A DNA stretch of 12,889 nucleotides, taken from Candidatus Methylomirabilia bacterium. Its GTDB lineage: Bacteria; Methylomirabilota; Methylomirabilia; Rokubacteriales; CSP1-6. The stretch is from the NCBI GenBank assembly GCA_041492755.1, contig JBGPXN010000132.1:1-12889 (forward strand), in the 5' to 3' direction. Positions within the stretch are counted from its first letter, which is position 1. Each line of letters starts with the position of its first letter. A model generated the notes under the pieces. That model worked only from the letters and a program-made list of their open reading frames with translations. It was not told the DNA's origin and ran no database searches. The position numbers and the translations under genes were made by a program. Below, one piece after another: positions 1 to 8,251 of the stretch.

Positions 1-22
1 GATCGGAGTTGTGTGGTGTTCC

Positions 23-55
23 CTGGGGCTCTCATGTTAGCCCCCCAGTTTTTTT
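23..55 (+). terminator. Probable rho-independent terminator of an upstream gene outside the window
   Basis: CTGGGGCT (23-30) can pair with AGCCCCCCAG (39-48), followed directly by a T7 run (49-55). Confidence 0.6.
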
Positions 56-57
56 AT

Positions 58-178
58 GTGGGGGGGACACGCTGGGGGCGCCTATACCCCCCCACGCTCG
101 GACGCGGCCCGGGACACTCGGGGCGTGCCTCGACACACCCCAAGCGCTTGGGCCGCCCCGGGGAAGCCGGGGCGGCCC
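58..178. repeat. Cluster of extragenic GC-rich inverted repeats (REP-like)
   Basis: Perfect 9-bp IR GTGGGGGGG (58-66)/CCCCCCCAC (87-95). Imperfect IR GGGGCGTG/CACACCCC (about 120-141). Perfect 12-bp stem GGGCCGCCCCGG (150-161)/CCGGGGCGGCCC (167-178) with a 5-nt loop. Confidence 0.6.
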
Positions 179-221
179 TTGATAACCGTGTGAGGTGCCC
201 GCGCTCTCTGCTTCTGCCTTC

Positions 222-677
222 GTGAGAAGCCCCGATCTCTACGCCAGTGGCTTTCTCACCGCGCTCGCGGCCGCGGCGTGCGTGGGCGCGTACCGGCTCG
301 GGCCTGGTGACGTTCACAATCCCGGGTCCGGGTTCATGCCGATGGCGGCGGCGGGTGTGCTCGGGCTCATGGCCGTCGTGCAGCTCGGCCGACAGCTCGC
401 GCGGGCCTCCGGCCCCGGCGCGGTCGGGGGCGCCTTCACGACCGCGCGGTGGGGGACGGTGATCGTGGTGCTTGGCGCGCTGACCGGCTTCGCGATGGCG
501 CTGAATCCCCTGGGCTTCAGCGTCGCCACGTTCCTCATGCTCCTCGTCCTGTTCGGTCCCGTCGCCCGCAAGCGCTGGTGGGTCGCGCTGCTCTCGGCCC
601 TCGTGATCACGGTCGCCGTGCGTCTGCTCTTCCGCGCCCTCGGCATGCCTCTTCCGGAGGGGCCGCTGGGCGTGTGA
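222..677 (+). CDS. tctB: Tripartite tricarboxylate transporter small membrane subunit, TctB family (start GTG 222, or GTG 195)
   Basis: About 150 aa with 4-5 hydrophobic segments. It has the TctB-like 'PGSGFMP' motif and C-terminal 'LFRALGMPLPEGPLG', and lies immediately upstream of tctA. Confidence 0.85.
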   Translation: MRSPDLYASGFLTALAAAACVGAYRLGPGDVHNPGSGFMPMAAAGVLGLMAVVQLGRQLARASGPGAVGGAFTTARWGTVIVVLGALTGFAMALNPLGFSVATFLMLLVLFGPVARKRWWVALLSALVITVAVRLLFRALGMPLPEGPLGV

Positions 678-689
678 TCGGGAGCCGGG

Positions 690-2171
690 ATGGACACCCT
701 CCACAGCATGGCGCTCGGCCTGTCGGTCGCGCTGCAGCCGGCCAATCTGTTCTTCTGCTTCGTGGGGGTGTTCGTCGGCACGCTGATCGGCGTCCTGCCC
801 GGGATCGGGCCGGTGGGGACGATGTCGCTGCTGCTGCCGGCGACGTTTCACCTGTCACCCGTGGCCGCCATCATCATGCTCGCGGGGATCTACTACGGCG
901 CGCAGTACGGGGGCTCGACGACGTCGATCCTCGTCAACATTCCTGGTGAGGCGAGCTCGATCGTCACCTGTCTCGACGGCTACCAGATGGCGCGGCAGGG
1001 TCGCGCGGGTCCGGCCCTCGGCATGGCCGCCCTCGGCTCGTTCATCGGCGGGTTGATCGCGATCGTCGGGCTGATGCTGCTCGCGGTGCCGCTGGCCGAA
1101 GCCGCGCTGAGCTTCGGACCGCCCGAGTACTTCGCGCTCATGTGCGTGAGCCTGGTCGTCCTCACGTTCCTGTCCCAGGCCTCCATGTACAAGAGCCTCA
1201 TGATGGGCCTGCTCGGGCTGCTGCTGAGCACGGTGGGACTCGACATGTTCACCGCGGCGCCGCGGTTCACCTTCGGCGTCAACGACCTCAGCGACGGCAT
1301 CGGCCTCATTCCGCTCGTGATGGGCCTCTTCGGGGTCGCCGAGATCCTTGGCAACCTCGAGGGGGAGATGACGCGGGAGATCTACGCGACGAAGATCGGC
1401 GAGCTGCTCCCGAGCGCGCGCGACTGGATGGTGGCGAAGTGGTCGATCGTGCGGGGCACGGTGATCGGCTTCTTCCTCGGACTCCTGCCCGGCGGCGGCG
1501 CCGTGCTCGCGTCGTTCGTGTCCTACGCCGTCGAAAAGCGGGTGTCGAAGTATCCCGACCGCTTCGGCACCGGCGTGATCGAGGGGGTGGCGGGGCCGGA
1601 GACCGCCAACAACGCGGCCGCGCAAGCCTCGTTCATTCCGCTGCTGTCGCTCGGGCTCCCGTCCAACGTCGTCATGGCCGTGCTCTTCGGCGGGCTGCTC
1701 ATCCACGGCGTCACGCCCGGACCGCTGCTCATCCAGCAGCACCCGACGCTGTTCTGGGGCGTCGTCATGTCGATGTTCGTGGGCAACGCCATGCTGCTGG
1801 CGCTGAACCTGCCGCTGATCGGCATGTGGGTGAAGCTGCTCCGGGTGCCCTACACGATCCTGTTCCCGCTGATCCTGCTCTTCTGCGTGATCGGCGTCTA
1901 CAGCGTCAACAACGCCCGTGTCGACGTGTATCTGATGGTGCTGTTCGGGCTCGCCGGGTACGTGATGCAGAAGCTCGGGTACGAGCCGGCGCCGCTGGCG
2001 CTCGCCTACGTGCTCGGTCCAATTCTCGAGACCGCGCTGCGGCAGTCGTTGCTGATGTCGGGCGGGAGCTTCACCATCTTCGTCACCCGGCCCATCGCCG
2101 GGGTGGCGCTGGCGCTCATGGTGGTTCTCCTCGGCGTCCAGGTCTACTCGCAGCGAAGGCGGCATTCATGA
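690..2171 (+). CDS. tctA: Tripartite tricarboxylate transporter large permease, TctA family
   Basis: 493-aa polytopic membrane protein with the TctA signatures 'GTLIGVLPGIG', 'YYGAQYGGSTTSILVNIPGE', 'DGYQMARQGRAG' and 'EGVAGPETANNAA'. GGGAG lies upstream of the ATG. Confidence 0.95.
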   Translation: MDTLHSMALGLSVALQPANLFFCFVGVFVGTLIGVLPGIGPVGTMSLLLPATFHLSPVAAIIMLAGIYYGAQYGGSTTSILVNIPGEASSIVTCLDGYQMARQGRAGPALGMAALGSFIGGLIAIVGLMLLAVPLAEAALSFGPPEYFALMCVSLVVLTFLSQASMYKSLMMGLLGLLLSTVGLDMFTAAPRFTFGVNDLSDGIGLIPLVMGLFGVAEILGNLEGEMTREIYATKIGELLPSARDWMVAKWSIVRGTVIGFFLGLLPGGGAVLASFVSYAVEKRVSKYPDRFGTGVIEGVAGPETANNAAAQASFIPLLSLGLPSNVVMAVLFGGLLIHGVTPGPLLIQQHPTLFWGVVMSMFVGNAMLLALNLPLIGMWVKLLRVPYTILFPLILLFCVIGVYSVNNARVDVYLMVLFGLAGYVMQKLGYEPAPLALAYVLGPILETALRQSLLMSGGSFTIFVTRPIAGVALALMVVLLGVQVYSQRRRHS

Positions 2172-2302
2172 CGAAAGGCGGGCCCGTGCTGGACGCGTGG
2201 CTTCATGAGGTCCGGAGAGGATCGGCGGCGAGTTTCCCCCGCGGGTCCGGACAAGGTGCGGCAAGTCGGCCTGATCACGAACAACGACGGAGACGAGGCG
2301 CA

Positions 2303-3301
2303 ATGACGAAGAGAGTCGAGCGGAAGGTGGCGTTGGCGGTCACCGCGGTCGTGGTGGCGGCGTTCGCCGTGGTCGGCGGTACGATCGCCCAGGAAGCGTT
2401 TCCCAGCAAGCCGATCACGATGTGGGTCGGCTTCCCGCCCGGCGGCGGCACCGACATTCTCGCCCGCGCGATCGCGGAGGGCGCGGAGAAGCTTCTGGGC
2501 CAGAAGATCGTGGTGGTGAACAGACCCGGCGCGACGGGCGCCGTGGCGACCGCCGAGCTGGTGAAGCTGAAAGCGGACGGCTACACGGTGCTGGCCAACA
2601 CCGACACCGCCATCACGCGCGCGCCGCACCTGCGGGACGTCGACTACGATCCCTTCCGCGACCTGACCTACCTCAACCGGCTCGGGCGCTACAAGGTCGC
2701 CTGGAGCGTGCCGGCCACCAGCCCGTTCAAGACGTGGCGCGAGGCGTTGGAGTGGGCGAAGAAGAATCCGGGGCAGCTGACGTTCGGCCACCCCGGCATC
2801 GGCTCGACGCCGCACCTCGTGATGGCCAGGCTCGGCATCAAAGAGGGCGTGAACACCAAGATCATCCCGTTTGCCGGGGACGCGCCGGCCATCAGCGCGC
2901 TGCTGGGCAACCACGTGATGATGATCGGCACCAGCTCGGTCTCGATCACGGGCTACGTCCAGGCCAAGCGGTTCCGCGTGATCATGACCAACGAAAAGGA
3001 GGGGCTCGACTATGCCCCCGACGCGGTGTCGCTCGACAAGGCCGGCTACGACGTCGAGCATTCGGTGACGGTGCTGATCGTCGGGCCGAAGGCAATGCCG
3101 CCCGCGGTGGCCGATCGACTCGAGAAAGCGTTCGCGGACGCCATGAGGACCGAGCCGTTCGTCAGCGTGGCGCGGAAGAACGAGCTCATCGTCGGCGACC
3201 GGCTCAGCGGCCAGGCGCTGGCCGACCATCTCCGCAAGGTCAGCGCCAACTACGAAGGCCTGATCAAGGAAGCGGGCGTGTACAAAGGGGAAAAGAAGTG
3301 A
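2303..3301 (+). CDS. tctC: Tripartite tricarboxylate transporter substrate-binding protein (TctC/Bug family), 332 aa
   Basis: C-terminal part of ORF 1142..3301, taken from ATG 2303 (GGAG/GAGG upstream). It has a signal-peptide-like N-terminus followed by the Bug motifs 'FPSKPITMWVGFPPGGGTDILAR', 'VVVNRPGATG' and 'GHPGIGSTPHL'. Confidence 0.92.
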   Translation: MTKRVERKVALAVTAVVVAAFAVVGGTIAQEAFPSKPITMWVGFPPGGGTDILARAIAEGAEKLLGQKIVVVNRPGATGAVATAELVKLKADGYTVLANTDTAITRAPHLRDVDYDPFRDLTYLNRLGRYKVAWSVPATSPFKTWREALEWAKKNPGQLTFGHPGIGSTPHLVMARLGIKEGVNTKIIPFAGDAPAISALLGNHVMMIGTSSVSITGYVQAKRFRVIMTNEKEGLDYAPDAVSLDKAGYDVEHSVTVLIVGPKAMPPAVADRLEKAFADAMRTEPFVSVARKNELIVGDRLSGQALADHLRKVSANYEGLIKEAGVYKGEKK

Positions 3302-3337
3302 CGGGGGGCGGGTGGCGGGCGCGGGGAGAGCCATGAC

Positions 3338-4492
3338 ATGAAACGAGAGGGCGTGTGCCTGGTCGGGTACGGAGAAACGCCGTACGTCCGCGCGAAGGGC
3401 GAGCATCGATCGGTGCTCGCGTACACCGCGGACGCGGTGCGGCTGGCCCTCGACGCTGCCGGTCTGAAGAAACGCGACGTTCGCGGACTGGCCTTCACCT
3501 CGCTGGCCAACCGCGACGACAGCCCGTACATCGCCGAGCAGCTTGGCTTCGAGCTGGACTGGGTGCTGCGCGCGGACTACGGCGGCGGCTCGGGGATCAT
3601 GGCGATTCGCCGGGCCGCGGACGCGATCCAGGCCGGGGTGATCGACGTGGCCGTCTGCGTCGGCGCCGACATCCAGGAGACCTCGGGGCCGCTGTCGATC
3701 CAGAGCTACGGCCGCACGAACTACGTCGAGCCCTTCGGCTTCGGCGGGCCCAACAGCCTCTTCGGCCTCGTGCAGCGCCGTCACATGGCGCAGTACGGGA
3801 CGACGGTGCAGGCGCTCGGGCGGCTCGCCGTCGCCTTCCGCCACAACGCCTCGCTCACCGACCACGCGCTGCTGAAGACGCCGATCACCGTCGACGACTA
3901 CGTGAACTCGCGCCCGATCGCCGATCCGATCCGGCTCTTCGACTGCGTGATGCCGTGCGACGGCGGGGTGGCCTTCGTGGTGGCGTCCGAGCGCGTCGCC
4001 CGCCGGCTTGGTGACCGGCCGATCTACGTGGTGGCCGACGCCGAGCGCACCAACCACGGCGGCGGCACGCCGCCCGATCGGATCGAGACCGGCTTTCGCG
4101 GCCTGCGTGACCCGCTCTTCGCCGGTGTTCCGCGCGCGCGCATCGACTTCGCCGAGCTCTACGACGACTATCCGATCGCCGTCCTGCTGCAGCTCGAGGA
4201 CCTGGGTTTCTGCGAGCCGGGCAAAGGCGCGGCGTTTCTGGAAGCGCACGACTTCACGGTGACGGGAGACTTTCCGATCAACACGGGCGGCGGCCAGCTC
4301 TCGCGCGGCCAGCCGGGCCTCGCGGGCGGCCATCTCCACGTGGTCGAGGCGATGCGGCAGCTCCGGGGGGAAGCGGGGCGCGCGCAAGTGCGCAAGGCCG
4401 AGACGGCGCTGGTCACCGGGATCGGCTTGCTCGGCTACCACGTGAACGTGATGGTCACGGCGGGCATGCTCCTGCATCGGAGGGCGACATGA
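3338..4492 (+). CDS. Thiolase-fold protein (SCP-x/Ltp2-like), lacking the canonical catalytic Cys and His
   Basis: 384 aa with 'VGYGETP', 'PIRLFDC...DGGVAFVV', 'ELYDDYP' and 'PINTGGGQLS...EAMRQLRGEAG.AQV', typical of SCP2-type/Ltp thiolase-like proteins. It has an ATGA overlap with the DUF35 gene. Confidence 0.9.
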   Translation: MKREGVCLVGYGETPYVRAKGEHRSVLAYTADAVRLALDAAGLKKRDVRGLAFTSLANRDDSPYIAEQLGFELDWVLRADYGGGSGIMAIRRAADAIQAGVIDVAVCVGADIQETSGPLSIQSYGRTNYVEPFGFGGPNSLFGLVQRRHMAQYGTTVQALGRLAVAFRHNASLTDHALLKTPITVDDYVNSRPIADPIRLFDCVMPCDGGVAFVVASERVARRLGDRPIYVVADAERTNHGGGTPPDRIETGFRGLRDPLFAGVPRARIDFAELYDDYPIAVLLQLEDLGFCEPGKGAAFLEAHDFTVTGDFPINTGGGQLSRGQPGLAGGHLHVVEAMRQLRGEAGRAQVRKAETALVTGIGLLGYHVNVMVTAGMLLHRRAT

Positions 4493-4920
4493 ACCGGCCG
4501 GCGCCGTCATGGCCGTTGCCGCAGGTGATCGACGTCGATCGTGAGTTCTGGAACGGGATCCAGGCGGGCCGGCTGCTCATCCCGAAGTGCCGGGATTGCG
4601 GCCGCCGCCATTTCTTCCCGCGGCCCGCGTGTCCCGAGTGTCTGGGCGCGAACCTCGAGTGGGAGCCGGCGTCCGGCCGGGGCACCGTGTACTCGTTCTC
4701 GCTCGTCCGCGTCCCCCGCGCTCCGGCCGTGCGCGCGCACGTGGAGGCGACCGGCGTGCCGGTGATCTTCGTCGAGGTGCGGCTGAACGAAGGGGTCCGC
4801 GTGCTCGCCCGGCTCGTGGGGAGCCGTCCGGAGGACGTGACGCTCGGCATGCCGGTGGCCGTGGCGTTCGAGCCGCCGCCGGGGACGGAGTTCAAGCTCC
4901 CGTGCTTCCGTCCCGTGTAG
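4489..4920 (+). CDS. DUF35-type Zn-ribbon/OB-fold protein (ChsH2 C-terminal-like), partner of the thiolase-fold protein
   Basis: CRDC...CPEC zinc ribbon, 'SGRGTVYSFS', 'VEVRLNEGVRV' and 'GMPVAVAF'. Translationally coupled to the upstream gene. Confidence 0.92.
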   Translation: MNRPAPSWPLPQVIDVDREFWNGIQAGRLLIPKCRDCGRRHFFPRPACPECLGANLEWEPASGRGTVYSFSLVRVPRAPAVRAHVEATGVPVIFVEVRLNEGVRVLARLVGSRPEDVTLGMPVAVAFEPPPGTEFKLPCFRPV

Positions 4921-4929
4921 AGCGCAACC

Positions 4930-5580
4930 GTGATCTCGACGATCATCTTCGACCTGGATGGCCTGCTGGCTGACACCGAGCGCCTGCACTCGCGGGCGTG
5001 GCGATCCACGCTGGCTGCCGCCGGCGTGATCGTGAGCGCGGCCGAGTACGCCCAGGAATGGACCCGCAGCGGCCTGGGCATTGCCGACTACGTGGAACGA
5101 CACCGGCTGGCCCTCGACCCCGACGACCTCCGCCGGCGCAAGGCCGACGTCTACCGGGGACTGGTGAAATCGTCAGCGTGCGCCATGCCCGGGGCGCTCG
5201 ACCTGCTGCGGGCCGTCCACGGCCGCCGGCCGTTGGCGCTGGCCACCTCGTCCTACCTGGAGTCGGCCGAAGCGGTCCTCGATCGCCTCGCCATCGGTCA
5301 CTTCTTCGAGGTCGTGGCCACGCGTGAAAGCGTCCTGCGCGCGAAGCCCCATCCCGATCTGCTCCTGTACGTCACGGAGCAGCTCGGCGTCGCTCCGGCC
5401 CGATGCGTCGTTCTCGACGACGCGGAGAAGGGCATCCTGGCCGCCGACGCGGCGGGCATGAAGTCCATCGCCGTTCCGACCGCCGACACCCGGGACAACG
5501 ATTTCTCGAAGGCCACCCTCGTCGTGTCCTCACTGGCGGAGGTCACGCTGGAGCTTCTCGACGCCTTGGGCGAGGGCTGA
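4930..5580 (+). CDS. HAD-superfamily hydrolase (subfamily IA, beta-PGM/CbbY-like)
   Basis: Motif I 'IIFDLDGLLADTE', motif II 'LATSS', motif III 'KPHPD' and motif IV 'LDDAEKG'. GTG start 9 bp after the DUF35 stop. Confidence 0.9.
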   Translation: MISTIIFDLDGLLADTERLHSRAWRSTLAAAGVIVSAAEYAQEWTRSGLGIADYVERHRLALDPDDLRRRKADVYRGLVKSSACAMPGALDLLRAVHGRRPLALATSSYLESAEAVLDRLAIGHFFEVVATRESVLRAKPHPDLLLYVTEQLGVAPARCVVLDDAEKGILAADAAGMKSIAVPTADTRDNDFSKATLVVSSLAEVTLELLDALGEG

Positions 5581-5648
5581 CGTGCCCAGGGGCCTGCGGG
5601 GCGACGCTGACGTGGAGTTCCGACCGGACTCGCGGTAGGCTCTCGACC

Positions 5649-6353
5649 ATGAACGGCGTGCACGATCTCGGCGGGATGCACGGCTTCGGCCCGGTGAAGC
5701 CGGAACAGAACGAGCCGCTCTTTCACGCGGACTGGGAGGTGGTGGTCTACGCGATCGCCCGGGCCGCGCGCGTGCAGGGCATTTACAACATCGACGAGTC
5801 GCGCCGGGCCATCGAGCAGATGCCGCCGGCCGACTACCTCGCGTCGAGCTACTACGAGCGCTGGCTTGCCTCCGAGATCCGGAACCTCACCGAGAAGGGC
5901 GTGGTGACGGCGGAGGAGCTCGAGGCCCGCATGCGCCTGCTCGCCGAGCGCCCGGACACCCCGCGGCCGAAGAAGAACGTGCCGGGCCTGGCCGACAGGA
6001 TCGTGGCCGCGGCCCACGCCAAGCCGCACTTCAAGAAGCCCGGGCCCGCGGCGAAGTTCAGCGTCGGTGACCGGGTGCGGACGCGCAACATGCATCCCAA
6101 GCACCACACCCGCCTGCCGCGATATGCGCGCGGCAAGCTCGGCGTCATCCACGCCGTCCACGGCTCGTTCGTCTTCCCCGACACGAACGCCCACGGGGGC
6201 GGCGAGAACCCGCATCCGCTCTACAGTGTCCGGTTCGACGCGCGCGAGCTCTGGTCGGACTCCACCGAGCCCGGCCACGACGCGGTGTATCTCGATCTCT
6301 GGGAGACGTACCTCGAGCCGGTCAACGGTGACGGGCCAGGAGCACGACGATGA
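5649..6353 (+). CDS. nthB: Nitrile hydratase beta subunit, 234 aa
   Basis: Canonical start '[16 protein letters not shown]' at ATG 5649, plus '[10 protein letters not shown]', '[10 protein letters not shown]', '[11 protein letters not shown]' and '[12 protein letters not shown]...YLDLWETYL'. Confidence 0.96.
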   Translation: MNGVHDLGGMHGFGPVKPEQNEPLFHADWEVVVYAIARAARVQGIYNIDESRRAIEQMPPADYLASSYYERWLASEIRNLTEKGVVTAEELEARMRLLAERPDTPRPKKNVPGLADRIVAAAHAKPHFKKPGPAAKFSVGDRVRTRNMHPKHHTRLPRYARGKLGVIHAVHGSFVFPDTNAHGGGENPHPLYSVRFDARELWSDSTEPGHDAVYLDLWETYLEPVNGDGPGARR

Positions 6354-6979
6354 GCGGACATCACGACGACGACCACCACCATCACGCCGAGCCCGAGCAC
6401 CCGCTCTCGGTGCGGGTGCGCGCGCTCGAATCGCTGCTGGTCGAAAAGGGCCTGCTGTCGAGCGACGTCGTCGACCGGGTGGTCAGCCTGTACGAAAAGG
6501 ACATCGGCCCCCACAACGGCGCCAGGGTCGTCGCCCGCGCGTGGGTCGATCCCGCCTACAAGCAGCGGTTGCTCGCCGACGGCAGCGAGGCCATCGAGGA
6601 GCTCGGGTTCGGCGGCGTCGACCTGAAGGTGGTGGAGAACACGCCGACCGTCCACAACCTCGTGGCCTGCACGCTCTGCTCGTGCTATCCCCACGCGCTG
6701 ATCGGCCTGCCGCCGACCTGGTACAAGTCCTTCGAGTACCGCTCCCGCGTCGTCATCGAGCCGCGCGCGGTCCTGCGCGACTTCGGCCTGAGCCTGCCCG
6801 AGTCCGTCGACGTCCGGGTGTGGGACTCGAGCGCCGAGCTCCGCTACATGGTCCTTCCCCTGCGCCCGCCCGGCACGGAGGGCATGAGCGAAGCGGAGCT
6901 GGCCAAGCTCGTGACGCGCGATGCGATGATCGGCGTTGCGGTCGTCCAGCCGCCGGCGACGCCGGCCAGCGTGCGATGA
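6350..6979 (+). CDS. nthA: Nitrile hydratase alpha subunit, cobalt type
   Basis: Metal-binding motif CTLCSCY (6668-6688), where Thr/Tyr indicates the Co-type enzyme. Also '[12 protein letters not shown]', '[13 protein letters not shown]' and '[14 protein letters not shown]'. ATGA overlap with nthB. Confidence 0.97.
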   Translation: MSGHHDDDHHHHAEPEHPLSVRVRALESLLVEKGLLSSDVVDRVVSLYEKDIGPHNGARVVARAWVDPAYKQRLLADGSEAIEELGFGGVDLKVVENTPTVHNLVACTLCSCYPHALIGLPPTWYKSFEYRSRVVIEPRAVLRDFGLSLPESVDVRVWDSSAELRYMVLPLRPPGTEGMSEAELAKLVTRDAMIGVAVVQPPATPASVR

Positions 6980-7365
6980 GCGCCGATCCCTTCGCCGCGA
7001 GCGCGCCGTCCGCGACGGAGCCGGCCGCCGGGAGCAAGCCCGATCGGCGGATCGCCGACATGGCCGGGCCGTCGGCGCTGCCGCGGAAGAATGGTGAGCT
7101 CGTCTTCGAATCGGCGTGGGCGGCGCGGATGTTCGGCATGACGGTGGCGCTCAACGAGGCCCAGCGGTTCCACTGGAACCAGTTCCGCGACCGGCTGATC
7201 GAGGAGATCGCGACGGCGGAGCGGGCCGGCGTGGACTCGACGTACTACACGCGCTGGTTCGCCGCCTTCGAGCGGCTGCTCGCCGATACCGGGCTGGTGA
7301 GCGCCGCCGAGCTGGAGGCACGCGCCGCCGAGTTCGAGTGCGGCCACAGGGACGACGTGTTTTAG
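6976..7365 (+). CDS. Nitrile hydratase accessory/activator protein (P14K/NhlE-like cobalt chaperone), 129 aa
   Basis: C-terminal part of ORF 6067..7365 from ATG 6976, overlapping the nthA stop (ATGA). '[25 protein letters not shown]...W..FRDRLI...[13 protein letters not shown]' is the beta-subunit-like accessory signature. Confidence 0.9.
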   Translation: MSADPFAASAPSATEPAAGSKPDRRIADMAGPSALPRKNGELVFESAWAARMFGMTVALNEAQRFHWNQFRDRLIEEIATAERAGVDSTYYTRWFAAFERLLADTGLVSAAELEARAAEFECGHRDDVF

Positions 7366-7381
7366 CTCACACACCCGGGCG

Positions 7382-7413
7382 CTGGCGGCGACGCGTCGAG
7401 GCCACGCCGCCAG
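7382..7413 (+). terminator. Hairpin after the nitrile hydratase operon (possible terminator or RNA stabiliser)
   Basis: Perfect 9-bp stem CTGGCGGCG (7382-7390)/CGCCGCCAG (7405-7413). There is no U-tract. Confidence 0.4.
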
Positions 7414-7450
7414 TGCCCGCAACTCTCACCGCCCGCGGTACCATCTGACC

Positions 7451-8251
7451 GTGCCCCCCGTCGATCCGAAGCCCGCGGCGTCCGTGCTCCTCGTCCGACC
7501 CGGGCCCCCCGCCGCGCCGGAGCCGCTGGAGGTGTACGTCATCCGCCGGAACAAGGGCATGAAGTTCCTCGGCGGCTACTACGCGTTCCCGGGGGGGCGC
7601 GTCGACGCCGAGGATTCGTCCCCGGAGGCGCTCGCGCGCTGCCGTGGACTCACGGAGACGGCGGCGGCCGAGATCCATCCCGGGCACGACGAGCTGGCGC
7701 CGCTCGCGTTCTGGGTGACGGCGGTCCGTGAGCTGCTCGAGGAGACGGGCGTGCTGCTCGCCTGCGACGCGAGCGGACACGCGCTCGACGCCGGCGATGC
7801 CACCGTCGCCGCCGCCATCGAGCACGCGCGGCGCGACCTTATGGCCGGGGAGCCCTTCGCCGAGATCCTGACACGACACGGGTGGTACTGCGATCTCTCG
7901 CCGCTCCGGTATCTCTCGCACTTCATCACGCCGACCTCGAGTCCCATCCGCTTCACCGCGCGCTTCTTCCTCTGCCGCGCGCCCGTCAACCAGGCGCCGG
8001 TGCTCTTCACCGAGGAGACGTCCGAGGGATTCTGGATGGCGCCCGGTGAGGCGTGGCGGCGCTTCGTCGCTGGTGAGATGGCGATGGCAGAGCCCGCCGA
8101 GTACGGATTCGCGTACCTCGCGCAGTTCGAGTCGTTCGATGCGCTCTGGAGTGCGCACGCCGATGGGCGTCACAAGTTCCATGGCATCGTCGATCGCATC
8201 GATTCTTTCTGGGCGCGATTCGACTGGAAGAGCAATCGCTGGAGGGTGTGA
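7451..8251 (+). CDS. NUDIX hydrolase with a split Nudix box (NUDT19-like)
   Basis: 'AASVLLVR', 'YAFPGGRVDAED' followed by an insertion and then 'AVRELLEETGVLL', and 'HFITP...RFTARFF'. GTG start. Confidence 0.85.
   Translation: MPPVDPKPAASVLLVRPGPPAAPEPLEVYVIRRNKGMKFLGGYYAFPGGRVDAEDSSPEALARCRGLTETAAAEIHPGHDELAPLAFWVTAVRELLEETGVLLACDASGHALDAGDATVAAAIEHARRDLMAGEPFAEILTRHGWYCDLSPLRYLSHFITPTSSPIRFTARFFLCRAPVNQAPVLFTEETSEGFWMAPGEAWRRFVAGEMAMAEPAEYGFAYLAQFESFDALWSAHADGRHKFHGIVDRIDSFWARFDWKSNRWRV

Noticed and set aside
1142..2302. N-terminal 387 aa of the 719-aa ORF, suggesting a large TctC fusion
   Set aside because: It is an Arg-rich off-frame overlap with tctA. The real protein starts at the signal peptide at 2303.
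2144..4510. 788-aa ORF on the - strand, and similar long antisense ORFs (54..851, 855..2165, 5298..6278, 7367..8257, 10714..11601)
   Set aside because: They are shadows of well-supported + strand genes. High-GC codon bias suppresses stops on the opposite strand, and the translations have no recognisable motifs.
5403..5648. N-terminal extension of nthB, and likewise 6067..6975 for the accessory gene
   Set aside because: These overlap the HAD gene and nthB/nthA in other frames. Family-typical starts are at 5649 and 6976.
5649..7365. Nitrile-hydratase-like RiPP leader peptide (NHLP) system or Fe-type enzyme
   Set aside because: The alpha subunit is full length with an intact CTLCSC (Co-type, not CSLCSC). 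There is no Gly-Gly core peptide and no YcaO or lanthipeptide enzyme in the window.
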